Shown here: one piece after another, positions 13,401-25,200 of the stretch
How the letters are laid out: each line of letters starts with the position of its first letter
Position numbering within the stretch: the first letter of the stretch is position 1
Origin: the human T2T-CHM13v2.0 reference genome, Homo sapiens
NCBI RefSeq assembly: GCF_009914755.1
Contig: NC_060929.1
Direction: 5' to 3' (one strand)
Length of the DNA stretch: 64,000 nt
The notes under the pieces: model-generated
Seen by the model: the letters and a program-made list of their open reading frames with translations, nothing else
Database searches by the model: none
Told to the model about the DNA's origin: nothing
Translations under genes and position numbers: made by a program

Positions 13401-16320
13401 GATTTGAAAGACACTTTTTGGGGAATTTGCAAGTGGGGATTTCAAGCGCTTTGAGGCCAACGGTAGAAAAGGAAATATCTTCGAATAAAAAGTAGACAGA
13501 ATCATTCCCAGAAACTGCGTTTTGATGTGTGCGTTCACCTAACAGAGTTTAACCTTCCTTTTCATAGAGCAGTTGGGAAACGCTATGTTTGTAAAGTCTG
13601 CAAGTGGATATTGGGAACTCTTTGAGGCCTTCATTGGGAATGGGGTTTCTTCATATAATGCTAGACAGAAGATTTCCCAGTAACTTCTTCCTGTTGTGTG
13701 TATTCAACTGACAACAGATGAACCTTCCTTTAGAGAGAGCAGATTTGAAACACTCTTTTTGTGGAAGTTGCAAGTGGAGATTTCAGCCGCTTTAACGTCA
13801 ATGGTAGAAAAGGAAATATCTTCGCATAAAAACAAGACAGAATCATTTTCAGAAACTGCTTTGTGATGTGTGCATTCAACTCACAGAGTTTAACCTTTGT
13901 TTTCATAGAGCCGTTTGGAAACACACAGTTTGTCAAATCTGTAAGTCGATATTCGGACCTATTTGAGGCCTTCGTTGGAAACGGGATTTCTTCATATAAT
14001 GCTAGAAAGAAGAATTCTCAGTAACTTCCTTGTGTTCTGTGTAATCAACTCACAGAATAGAACGTTCCTTTAGATAGAGCAGATTTGAAACACTCTTTTT
14101 GTGGAAGTTGCACGTGGAGATTTCAAGCGCTTTGTGGCCAGTGGTAGAAAATGAAATATCTTCGTATAAAAAGTACACAGAATCATTCTCAGAAACTACT
14201 TTCTGATGTGTGCGTTCAACTCTCGGAGTTTAAACTTTCTTTTCATAGAGCAGTTTGGAAACAGTGTGTTTGTAAAGTCTGCAAGTGGATATTCAGACCT
14301 CTTTGGCGCCTTATTTTGAAACGGGGTTTCTCCATATAATGCTAGACAGAAGAATTCTCAGTAACTTGTTTGTGTTGTGTGTGTTCAACTCACAGAGTTG
14401 AACCTTCCTTTAGACAGAGCAGATTTGAAACACTCTTTTTGTGGAATTTGCAAGTGGAGATTTCAAGCGCTTTGAGGCCAAAGGCAGAAAAGGAAATATC
14501 TTCGTATAAAAACTAGATAGATCATTCTCAGAAACTGCTTTGTGATGTGTGCGTTCAACTCACAGAGTTTCACTTATCTTTTCGTACAGCAGTTTGGAAA
14601 CACTCTGTTTGTAATGTCTGCAAGTGGATATTTTGACCTCTTTGAGGTCTTCGTTGGAAACGGGTTTTATTCATGTAAGGCTAGACAGAAGAATTCTCAG
14701 TAACTTCTTTGTATTGTGTGTATTCCACTGACAGAGTTGATCCTTCCTTTAGACAGAGCACATTTGAACCACTCTTTTTGTGAAATTTGCAAGTGGAGAT
14801 TTCAGACGCTTTGAGGTCAATGGTAGAAAAGGGAATATCTTCGTATAAAAACTAGACAGAATGATTCTCAGAACCTGCTTCGTGATGTGTGTGTTCAGTT
14901 CAAAGAGTTTTACCTTTCTTTTCATAGAGCAGTTAGGAAACACTCTGTTTGAACAGTCTGAAAGTGGATATTCCGATCTCTTTGAGGCCTTCGTTGGAAA
15001 AGGGATTTCTTCATATAATGCTAGACAGAGGAATTCTCAGTAACTTCTCTGTGTTGTGTGTATTCAAATCACAGAGTTGAACGTTCCTTTAGACAGAGCA
15101 GACTTGAAACACTCTTTATGTGGAATTTGCAATAGGAAATTTCAAGCGCTTTGAGGCCAAAGGCAGAAGAGGAAATATCTTCGTATAAAAACAAGTCAGA
15201 ATCATTCTCAGAAACTGCTTAATCATGTGTGCATTCGACTCACGGAGTTTAACCTACCTTTTCATACAGCAGTTTGGAAACACTCTGTTTGTAAAGTCTG
15301 CACGTGGATATTTGGACATCTTTGAGGCCTTCGTTGGAAACGGGTTTTATTCATGTAAGGCTAGACAGAAGATTTCTCAGTAACTTCTTTGTGTTGTGTG
15401 TATTCAACTGACAGAGTTGACCCTTCTTTTAGGTAGAGCAGATTTGAGACACTCTTTTTGTGGAATTTGCAAGTGGAGATTTCAGACGCTTTGAGGTCAA
15501 TGGTAGAAAAGGACATTTCTTCGTATAAAAACTTGACAGAATGATTCTCAGAAACTGCTTTGTGATGTATGCGTTCAATTCAAAGAGTTCTACCTTTCTT
15601 TTCATAGAGCACTTAGGAAACACTCTGTTTGAAAAGACTGCAAGTGGATATTCGGACCTCTATGAGGCCTTCTTTGGAAAAGGGATTTCTTCATATAATG
15701 CTAGGCAGAGGAATTCTTCGTAACTTCTTTGTATTGTGTGTATTCAACACACAGAGTTGAACCTTCTTTTAGATAGAGCAGATTTGAAACACACTTTCTG
15801 TGGAATTTCCAATTGGAGATTTCAAGCGCTTCGGGGCCAATGGTAGAAAAGGAAAAATCTTCACATAAAAACTAGACAAAATCATTCCCAGAAACTGTGT
15901 AGTGATGTGTATGTTTAACTCCCAGAGTTTATCCTTTCTTTTCATAGAGCAGTTGGGAAACACTCTGTTTGAAAAGTCTGCATGTGGATATTTGGACCGC
16001 CATGAGGCGTTCTTTGGAAATGGTATTTCTTCATTTAAGGCTACACAGAAGAATTCTCAGTAACTTCCTTGTGTTGTGTGTATTCAGCTCACAGAGTTGA
16101 ACCTTCTTTTAGATAGAGCAGATTTGAAAGACACTTTTTGGGGAATTTGCAAGTGGGGATTTCAAGCGCTTTGAGGCCAACGGTAGAAAAGGAAATATCT
16201 TCGAATAAAAAGTAGACAGAATCATTCCCAGAAACTGCGTTTTGATGTGTGCGTTCACCTAACAGAGTTTAACCTTCCTTTCCATAGAGCAGTTGGGAAA
16301 CGCTAAGTTTGTAAAGTCCG

Positions 16321-19170
16321 CAAGTGGATATTGGGAACTCTTTGAGGCCTTCATTGGGAATGGGGTTTCTTCATATAATGCTAGACAGAAGATTTCCCAG
16401 TAACTTCCTCCTGTTGTGTGTATTCAACTGACAACAGATGAACCTTCCTTTAGAGAGAGCAGATTTGAAACACTCTTTTTGTGGAAGTTGCACGTGGAGA
16501 TTTCAAGCGCTTTGTGGCCAGTGGTAGAAAATGAAATATCTTCGTATAAAAAGTACACAGAATCATTCTCAGAAACTACTTTCTGATGTGTGTGTTCAAC
16601 TCTCGGAGTTTAAACTTTCTTTTCATAGAGCAGTTTGGAAACAGTGTGTTTGTAAAGTCTGCAAGTGGATATTCGGACCTCTTTGGCGCCTTATTTTGAA
16701 ACGGGGTTTCTCCATATAATGCTAGACAGAAGAATTCTCAGTAACTTGTTTGTGTTGTGTGTGTTCAACTCACAGAGTTGAACCTTCCTTTAGACAGAGC
16801 AGATTTGAAACACTTTTTGTGGAATTTGCAAGTGGAGATTTCAATCGCTTTGAGGCCAAAGGCAGAAAAGGAAATATCTTCGTATAAAAACTAGATAGAT
16901 CATTCTCAGAAACTGCTTTGTGATGTGTGCGTTCAACTCACAGAGTTTCACTTATCTTTTCGTACAGCAGTTTGGAAACACTCTGTTTGTAATGTCTGCA
17001 AGTGGATATTTTGACCTCTTTGAGGTCTTCGTTGGAAACGGGTTTTATTCATGTAAGGCTAGACAGAAGAATTCTCAGTAACTTCTTTGTATTGTGTGTA
17101 TTCCACTGACAGAGTTGACCCTTCCTTTAGACAGAGCACATTTGAACCACTCTTTTTGTGGAATTTGCAAGTGGAGATTTCAGACGCATTGAGGTCAATG
17201 GTAGAAAAGGAAATATCTTCGTATAAAAACTAGACAGAATGATTCTCAGAACCTGCTTCGTGATGTGTGTGTTCAGTTCAAAGAGTTTTACCTTTCTTTT
17301 CATAGAGCAGTTAGGAAACACTCTGTTTGAACAGTCTGAAAGTGGATATTCCGATCTCTTTGAGGCCTTCGTTGGAAAAGGGATTTCTTCATATAATGCT
17401 AGACAGAGGAATTCTCAGTAACTTCTCTGTGTTGTGTGTATTCAAATCACAGAGTTGAACGTTCCTTTAGACAGAGCAGACTTGAAACACTCTTTTTGTG
17501 GAATTTGCAATAGGAAATTTCAAGCGCTTTGAGGCCAAAGGCAGAAGAGGAAATATCTTCGTATAAAAACAAGTCAGAATCATTCTCAGAAACTGCTTAA
17601 TCATGTGTGCGTTCGACTCACGGAGTTTAACCTACCTTTTCATACAGCAGTTTGGAAACACTCTGTTTGTAAAGTCTGCACGTGGATATTTGGACATCTT
17701 TGAGGCCTTCGTTGGAAACGGGTTTATTCATGTAAGGCTAGACAGAAGATTTCTCAGTAACTTCTTTGTGTTGTGTGTATTCAACTGACAGAGTTGACCC
17801 TTCTTTTAGGTAGAGCAGATTTGAGACACTCTTTTTGTGGAATTTGCAAGTGGAGATTTCAGACGCTTTGAGGTCAATGGTAGAAAAGGACATTTCTTCG
17901 TATAAAAACTTGACAGAATGATTCTCAGAAACTGCTTTGTGATGTATGCGTTCAATTCAAATAGTTCTACCTTTCTTTTCATAGAGCACTTAGGAAACAC
18001 TCTGTTTGTAAAGACTGCAAGTGGATATTCGGACCTCTATGAGGCCTTCTTTGGAAAAGGGATTTCTTCATATAATGCAAGACAGAGGAATTCTTTGTAA
18101 CTTCTTTGTATTGTGTGTATTCAACTCACAGAGTTGAACCTTCTTTTAGATAGAGCAGATTTGAAACACACTTTTTGTGGAATTTCCAATTGGAGATTTC
18201 AAGCGCTTCGGGGCCAATGGTAGAAAAGGAAAAATCTTCACATAAAAACTAGACAAAATCATTCCCAGAAACTGTGTAGTGATGTGTATGTTTAACTCAC
18301 AGAGTTTATCCTTTCTTTTCATAGAGCAGTTGGGAAACACTCAGTTTGAAAAGTCTGCATGTGGATATTTGGACCGCCATGAGGCGTTCTTTGGAAATGG
18401 TATTTCTTCATTTAAGGCTACACAGAAGAATTCTCAGTAACTTCCTTGTGTTGTGTGTATTCAGCTCACAGATTTGAACCTTCTTTTAGATAGAGCAGAT
18501 TTGAAAGACACTTTTTGGGGAATTTGCGAGTGGGGATTTCAAGCGCTTTGAGGCCAACGGTAGAAAAGGAAATATCTTCGAATAAAAAGTAGACAGAATC
18601 ATTCCCAGAAACTGCGTTTTGATGTGTGCATTCACCTAACAGAGTTAAACCTTCCTTTTCAAAGAGCTGTTGGGAAACGCTATATTTGTAAAGTCTGCAA
18701 GTGGATATTGGGAACTCTTTGTGGCCTTCATTGGGAATGGGGTTTCTTCATATAATGCTAGACAGAAGATTTCCCAGTAACTTCCTCCTGTTGTGTGTAT
18801 TCAACTGACAACAGATGAACCTTCCTTTAGAGAGAGCAGATTTGAAACACTCTTTTTGTGGAAGTTGCACGTGGAGATTTCAAGCGCTTTGTGGCCAGAG
18901 GTAGAAAATGAAATATCTTCGTATAAAAAGTACACAGAATCATTCTCAGAAACTACTTTCTGATGTGTGCGTTCAACTCTCGGAGTTTAAACTTTCTTTT
19001 CATAGAGCAGTTTGGAAACAGTGTGTTTGTAAAGTCTGCAAGTGGATATTCGGACCTCTTTGGCGCCTTAATTTGAAACGGGGTTTCTCCATATAATGCT
19101 AGACAGAAGAATTCTCGGTAACTTGTTTGTGTTGTGTGTGTTCAACTCACAGAGTTGAACCTTCCTTTAG
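16321..19170 (+). repeat. 14-mer deletion variants of the 16-mer HOR: one full 2,377-bp copy (16321-18697) and one partial copy from 18698
   Basis: At ~16456-16492 and ~18833-18869 the sequence passes from dimer 1 (TAGAGAGAGC...) directly into dimer 2 (...GTTGCACGTGG...TTTGTGGCCA), omitting 340 bp. Further small deletions at ~16814 (2 bp) and ~17725 (1 bp) give 2,377 bp. Confidence 0.93.
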
Positions 19171-19274
19171 ACAGAGCAGATTTGAAACACTCTTTTTGTG
19201 GAATTTGCAAGTGGAGATTTCAAGCGCTTTGAGGCCAAAGGCAGACAAGGAAATATCTTCGTATAAAAACTAGA
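19171..19274 (+). other. Junction between HOR array 1 and HOR array 2 (hybrid monomer)
   Basis: The last array-1 diagnostic is GAACCTTCCTTTAG ending at 19170. The first array-2 diagnostic is CTAGACAGAATCATT...GCTCTGCG from 19275 (array 1 has CTAGATAG-ATCATT...GCTTTGTG). The intervening sequence is shared by both families. Confidence 0.9.
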
Positions 19275-22200
19275 CAGAATCATTCTCAGAAACTGCTCTG
19301 CGATGTGTGCGTTCAACTCTCAGAGTTTAACTTTTCTTTTCATTCAGCTGTTTGGAAACACTCTGTTTGTAAAGTCTGCACGTGGATATTTTGACCACTT
19401 AGAGGCCTTCGTTGGAAACGGGTTTTTTTCCTGTAAGGCTAGACAGAAGAATTCCCAGTAACTTCCTTGTGTTGTGTACATTCAACTCACAGAGTTGAAC
19501 GTTCCCTTAGACAGAGCAGATTTGAAACACTCTTTTTGTGCACTTGGCAAGCGGAGATTTCAAGCGCTTTAAGGTCAATGGCAGAAAAGGAAATATCTTC
19601 GTTTCAAAACTAGACAGAATCATTCCCACAAACTGCGTTGTGACGTGTTCGTTCAACTCACAGAGTTTAACCTTTCTTTTCATAGAGCAGTTAAGAAACA
19701 GTCCGTTTGTAAATTCTGTAAGTGGATATTCTGACATCTTGTGGCCTTCGTTGGAAACGGGATTTCTTCATATTCTGCTAGACAGAAGAATTCTCAGAAT
19801 CTTCCTTGTGTTGTGTGTATTCAACTCACAGTTGAACGATGGTTTACACAGAGCACATTTGAAACACTCTTTTTATGGAATTTGCAAGTGGAGATTTCAG
19901 CCGCTTTGAGGTCAATGGTAGAAAAGGAAATATCTTCGTATAAAAACTAGACAGAATGTTTCTCAGAAACTTCTTTGTGATGTGTGCGTTCAACTCACAG
20001 AGTTTCACCTTTCTTTTCATAGAGCAGTTAGGAAACACTCTGTTTGTAAACTCTGCAAGTGGATATTCAGACCTCTTTGAGGCCTTCGTTGGAAACGGGA
20101 TTTCTTCATGCTGTGCTAGACAGAAGAATTCTCAGTAACTTCCTTGTGTTGTGTGTATTCAACTCACAGAGTTGAACGATCCTTTACACAGAGCAGACTT
20201 GAAACACTCTTTTTGTGGAATTTGCAAGTGGAGATTTCAGCCGCGTTGAGGTCAATGGTAGAAAAGGAAATATCTTCGTATAAAAACTAGACAGAATGAT
20301 TCTCAGAAACTCCTTTGTGATGTGTGTGTTCAACCCACAGAGTTTAACCTTTCTTTTCATAGAGCAGTTAGGAAACACTCTGTTTGTAAAGTCTGCAAGT
20401 GGATATTCCGACCTCTTTGAGGCCTTCGTTGGAAACGGGGTTTTTCATATAAGGCTAGACAGAAGAATTCCCAGTGACTTCCTTGTGTTGTGTGTGTTCA
20501 ACTCACAGAGTTGAAGTTTCATTTACACAGAGCAGATTTGAAACACTGTTTTTGTGGAATTTGCAAGTGGAGATTTCAGCCGCTTTGAAGTCAAAGGTAG
20601 AAAAGGAAATATCTTCCTATAAAAACTACACAGAATGATTCTCAGAAACTTCTTTGTGATGTGTGCGTTCAACTCACAGAGTTTAACCTTTCTTTTCATA
20701 GAGCAGTTAGGAAACACTCTGTTTGTAAACTCTGCAAGTGGATATTCAGACCTCTTTGAGGCCTTCGTTGGAAACGGGATTTCTTCATACTGTGATAGAC
20801 AGAAGAATTCTCAGTAACTTCCTTGTGTTGTGTGTATTCAACTCACAGAGTTGAGCGATCCTTTACACAGAGTAGATTTGAAACACTCTTTTTGTGGAAT
20901 TTGAAAGTGGAGATTTCAGCCGCTTTGAGGTCAATGGTAGAAAAGGAAATATCTTCGTATAAAAACTAGACAGAATGATTCTCAGAAACTTCTTTGTGAT
21001 GTGTGCGTTCAACTCACAGAGTTTAACCTTTCTTTTCATAGAGCAGTTAGGAAACACTCTGTTTGTAAACTCTGCAAGTGGATATTCAGACCTCTTTGAG
21101 GCCTTCGTTGGAAACGGGATTTCTTCATACTGTGCTAGACAGAAGAATTCTCAGTAACTTCCTTGTGCTGTGTGTATTCAACTCACAGAGTTGAACGATC
21201 CTTTACACAGAGCGGACTTGAAACACTCTTTTTGTGGAATTTGCAAGTGGAGATTTCAGCCGCGTTGAGGTCAATGGTAGAAAAGGAAATATCTTCGTAT
21301 AAAAACTAGACAGAATGATTCTCAGAAACTCCTTTGTGATGTGTGTGTTCAACTCACAGAGTTTAACCTTTCTTTTCATAGAGCAGTTAGGAAACACTCT
21401 GTTTGTAAAGTCTGCAAGTGGATATTCAGACCTCTTTGAGGCCTTCGTTGGAAACGGGTTTTTTTCATATAAGGTTAGACAGAAGAATTCCCAGTAACTT
21501 CCTTGTGTTGTGTGTGTTCAACTCACAGAGATGAACTCTCATTTACACAGAGCAGATTTGAAACTCTCTTTTTGTGGAATTTGCAAATGGAGATTTCAAG
21601 CGCTTTGAGGCCAAAGGCAGAAAAGGAAATATCTTCGTATAAAAACTAGACAGAATCATGATCAGAAACTGCTCTGCGATGTGTGCGTTCAACTCTCAGA
21701 GTTTAACTTTTCTTTTCATTCAGCAGTTTGGAAACACTCTGTTTGTAAAGTCTGCACGTGGATAATTTGACCACTTAGAGGCCTTCGTTGGAAACAGGTT
21801 TTTTTCATGTAAGGCTAGACAGAAGAATTCTCAGTAACTTCCTTGTGTTGTGTGTATTCAACTCACACAGTTGAACGATCCTTTACACAGAGCAGACTTG
21901 TAACACTCTTTTTGTGGAATTTGCAAGTGGAGATTTCAGCCGCTTTGAAGTCAAAGGTAGAAAAGGAAATATCTTCCTATAAAAACTAGACAGAATGATT
22001 CTCAGAAACTCCTTCGTGATGTGTGCGTTCAACTCACCGAGTTTAACCTTTCTTTTCATAGAGCAGTTAGGAAACACTCTGTTTGTAAAGTCTGCAAGTG
22101 GATATTCAGACCTCTTTGAGGCCTTCGTTGGAAACGGCTATTTTTCATATAAGGCTAGACAGAAGAATTCCCAGTAACTTCCTTGTGTTGTGTACATTCA

Positions 22201-25200
22201 ACTCACAGAGTTGAACGTTCCCTTAGACAGAGCAGATTTGAAACACTCTTTTTGTGCAATTGGAAAGTGGAGATTTCAAGCGCTTTAAGGTCAATGGCAG
22301 AAAAGGAAATATCTTCGTTTCAAAACTAGACAGAATCATTCCCACAAGCTGCGTTGTGATGTGTTCGTTCATCTCACAGAGTTTAACGTTTCTTTTCATA
22401 GAGCAGTTAGGAAACAGTCTGTTTGCAAATTCTATAAGTGGATATTCTGACATCTTGTGGCCTTCGTTGGAAACGGGATTTCTTCATATTCTGCTAGACA
22501 GAAGAATTCTCAGAATCTTCCTTGTGTTGTGTGTATTCAACTCACAGAGTTGAACGATGGTTTACACAGAGCAGATTTGAAACACTCTTTTGGTGGAATT
22601 TGCAAGTGGAGATTTCAGCCGCTTTGAGGTCAATGGTAGAAAAGGAAATATCTTCGTATAAAAACTAGACAGAATGATTCTCAGAAACTTCTTTGTGATG
22701 TGTGCGTTCAACTCACAGAGTTTAACCTTTCTTTTCATAGAGCAGTTAGGAAACACTCGGTTTGTAAACTCTGCAAGTGGATATTCAGACCTCTTTGAGG
22801 CCTTCGTTGGAAACGGGATTTCTTCATACTGTGCTAGACAGAAGAATTATCAGTAACTTCCTTGTGTTGTGTGTATTCAACTCACAGAGTTGAACGATCC
22901 TTTACACAGAGCAGACTTGAAACACTCTTTTTGTGGAATTTGCAAGTGGAGATTTCAGCCGCGTTGAGGTCAATGGTAGAAAAGGAAATATCTTCGTATA
23001 AAAACTAGACAGAATGATTCTCAGAAACTCCTTTGTGATGTGTGTGTTCAACTCACAGAGTTTAACCTTTCTTTTCATAGAGCAGTTAGGAAACACTCTG
23101 TTTGTAAAGTCTGCAACTGGATATTCAGACCTCTTTGAGGCCTTCGTTGGAAACGGGTTTTTTTCATATAAGGCTAGACAGAAGAATTCCCAGTAACTTC
23201 CTTGTGTTGTGTGTGTTCAACTCACAGAGTTGAACTTTCATTTACACAGAGCAGATTTGAAACACTCTTTTTGTGGAATTTGCAAGTGGAGATTTCAAGC
23301 GCTTTGAGGCCAAAGGCAGAAAAGGAAATATCTTCGTATAAAAACTAGACAGAATCATTCTCAGAAACTGCTCTGCGATGTGTGCGTTCAACTCTCAGAG
23401 TTTAACTTTTCTTTTCATTCAGCAGTTTGGAAACACTCTGTTTGTAAAGTCTGCACGTGGATATTTTGACCACTTAGAGGCCTTCGTTGGAAACGGGTTT
23501 TTTTCCTGTAAGGCTAGACAGAAGAATTCCCAGTAACTTCCTTGTGTTGTGTACATTCAACTCACAGAGTTGAACGTTCCCTTAGACAGAGCAGATTTGA
23601 AACACTCTTTTTGTGCAATTGGCAAGTGGAGATTTCAAGCGCTTTGAGGTCAATGGCAGAAAAGGAAATATCTTCGTTTCAAAACTAGACAGAATCATTC
23701 CCACAAACTGCGTTGTGATGTGTTCGTTCAACTCACAGAGTTTAACCTTTCTTTTCATAGAGCAGTTAGGAAACAGTCTGTTTGTAAATTCTGTAAGTGG
23801 ATATTCTGACATCTTGTGGCCTTCGTTGGAAACGGGATTTCTTCATATTCTGCTAGACAGAAGAATTCTCAGAATCTTCCTTGTGTTGTGTGTATTCAAC
23901 TCACAGAGTTGAACGATGGTTTACACAGAGCAGATTTGAAAAACTCTTTTGGTGGAATTTGCAAGTGGAGATTTCAGCCGTTTTGAGGTCACTGGTAGAA
24001 AAGGAAATATCTTCGTATAAAAACTAGACAGAATGATTCTCAGAAACTTCTTTGTGATGTGTGCGTTCAACTCACAGAGTTTAACCTTTCTTTTCATAGA
24101 GCAGTTAGGAAACACTGTGTTTTTAAACTGTGCAAGTGGATATTGAGACCTCTTTGAGGCCTTCTTTGGAAACGGGATTTCTTCATACTGTGCTAGACAG
24201 AAGAATTCTCAGTAACTTCCTTGTGTTGTGTGTATTCAACTCACAGAGTTGAACGATCGTTTACACAGAGCAGACTTGAAACACCCTTTTTCTGGAATTT
24301 GCAAGTGGAGATTTCAGCCGCGTTGAGGTCAATGGTAGAAAAGGAAATATCTTCGTATAAAAACTGGACAGAATGATTCTCAGAAACTCCTTTGTGATGT
24401 GTGGGTTCAACTCACAGAGTTTAACCTTTCTTTTCATAGAGCAGTTAGGAAACACTCTGTTTGTAAAGTCTGCATGTGGATATTCAGACCTCTTTGAGGC
24501 CTTCGTTGGAAACGGGATTTTTTCATATAAGGCTAGACAGAAGAATTCCCAGTAACTTCCTTGTGTTGTGTGTGTTCAACTCACAGAGTTGAACTTTCAT
24601 TTACACAGAGCAGATTTGAAACACTCTTTTTGTGGAATTTGCAAATGGAGATTTCAAGCGCTTTGAGGCCAAAGGCAGAAAAGGAAATATCTTCGTATAA
24701 AAACTAGACAGAATCATTCTCAGAAACTGCTCTGCGATGTGTGCGTTCAACTCTCAGAGTTTAACTTTTGTTTTCATTCGGCAGTTTGGAAACACTCTGT
24801 TTGTAAAGTCTGCACGTGGATAATTTGACCACTTAGAGGCCTTCGTTGGAAACGGGTTTTTTTCATGTAAGGCTAGACAGAAGAATTCTCAGTAACTTCC
24901 TTGTGTTGTGCGTATTCAACTCACAGAGTTGAACGATCCTTTACACAGAGCAGACTTGTAACACTCTTTTTGTGGAATTTGCAAGTGGAGATTTCAGCCG
25001 CTTTGAAGTCAAAGGTAGAAAAGGAAATATCTTCCTATAAAAACTAGACAGAATGATTCTCAGAAACTCCTTTGTGATGTGTGCGTTCAACTCACAGAGT
25101 TTAACCTTTCTTTTCATAGAGCAGTTAGGAAACACTCTGTTTGTAAAGTCTGCAAGTGGATATTCAGACCTCTTTGAGGCCTTCGTTGGAAACGGGTTTT

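Larger units (their letters stand above)
1..16320 (+). repeat. Six full-length 16-mer HOR copies
   Basis: Exact 2,720-bp spacing of unit-specific markers (ACAACAGATG, CTAGATAGATCATT, CGCTATGTTT). Copies differ by only a few substitutions. Confidence 0.97.
1..19170 (+). repeat. Array 1: homogeneous 16-mer (2,720-bp) SF1 HOR array; resembles the flanking HOR S1C5pH2 (name tentative)
   Basis: The marker CAAGTGGATATTGGGAACTC recurs at 1, 2721, 5441, 8161, 10881, 13601 and 16321 (period 2,720 = 8 x 340), then at 18698. The ORF track repeats with the same period. The period is seen directly; the family name comes from recall of SF1 HOR catalogues and was not verified. Confidence 0.93.

Noticed and set aside
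19100-19400. Possible transposon insertion or inversion at the array boundary
   Set aside because: No non-alphoid sequence, poly(A) tail, target-site duplication or strand switch. Monomer phase is continuous.
19507-22222. First array-2 unit has ~2,716-bp A-to-A spacing, similar to the 2,720-bp HOR
   Set aside because: Any eight dimers give ~2.72 kb. The dimer content is of array-2 type and unrelated to the 16-mer order.
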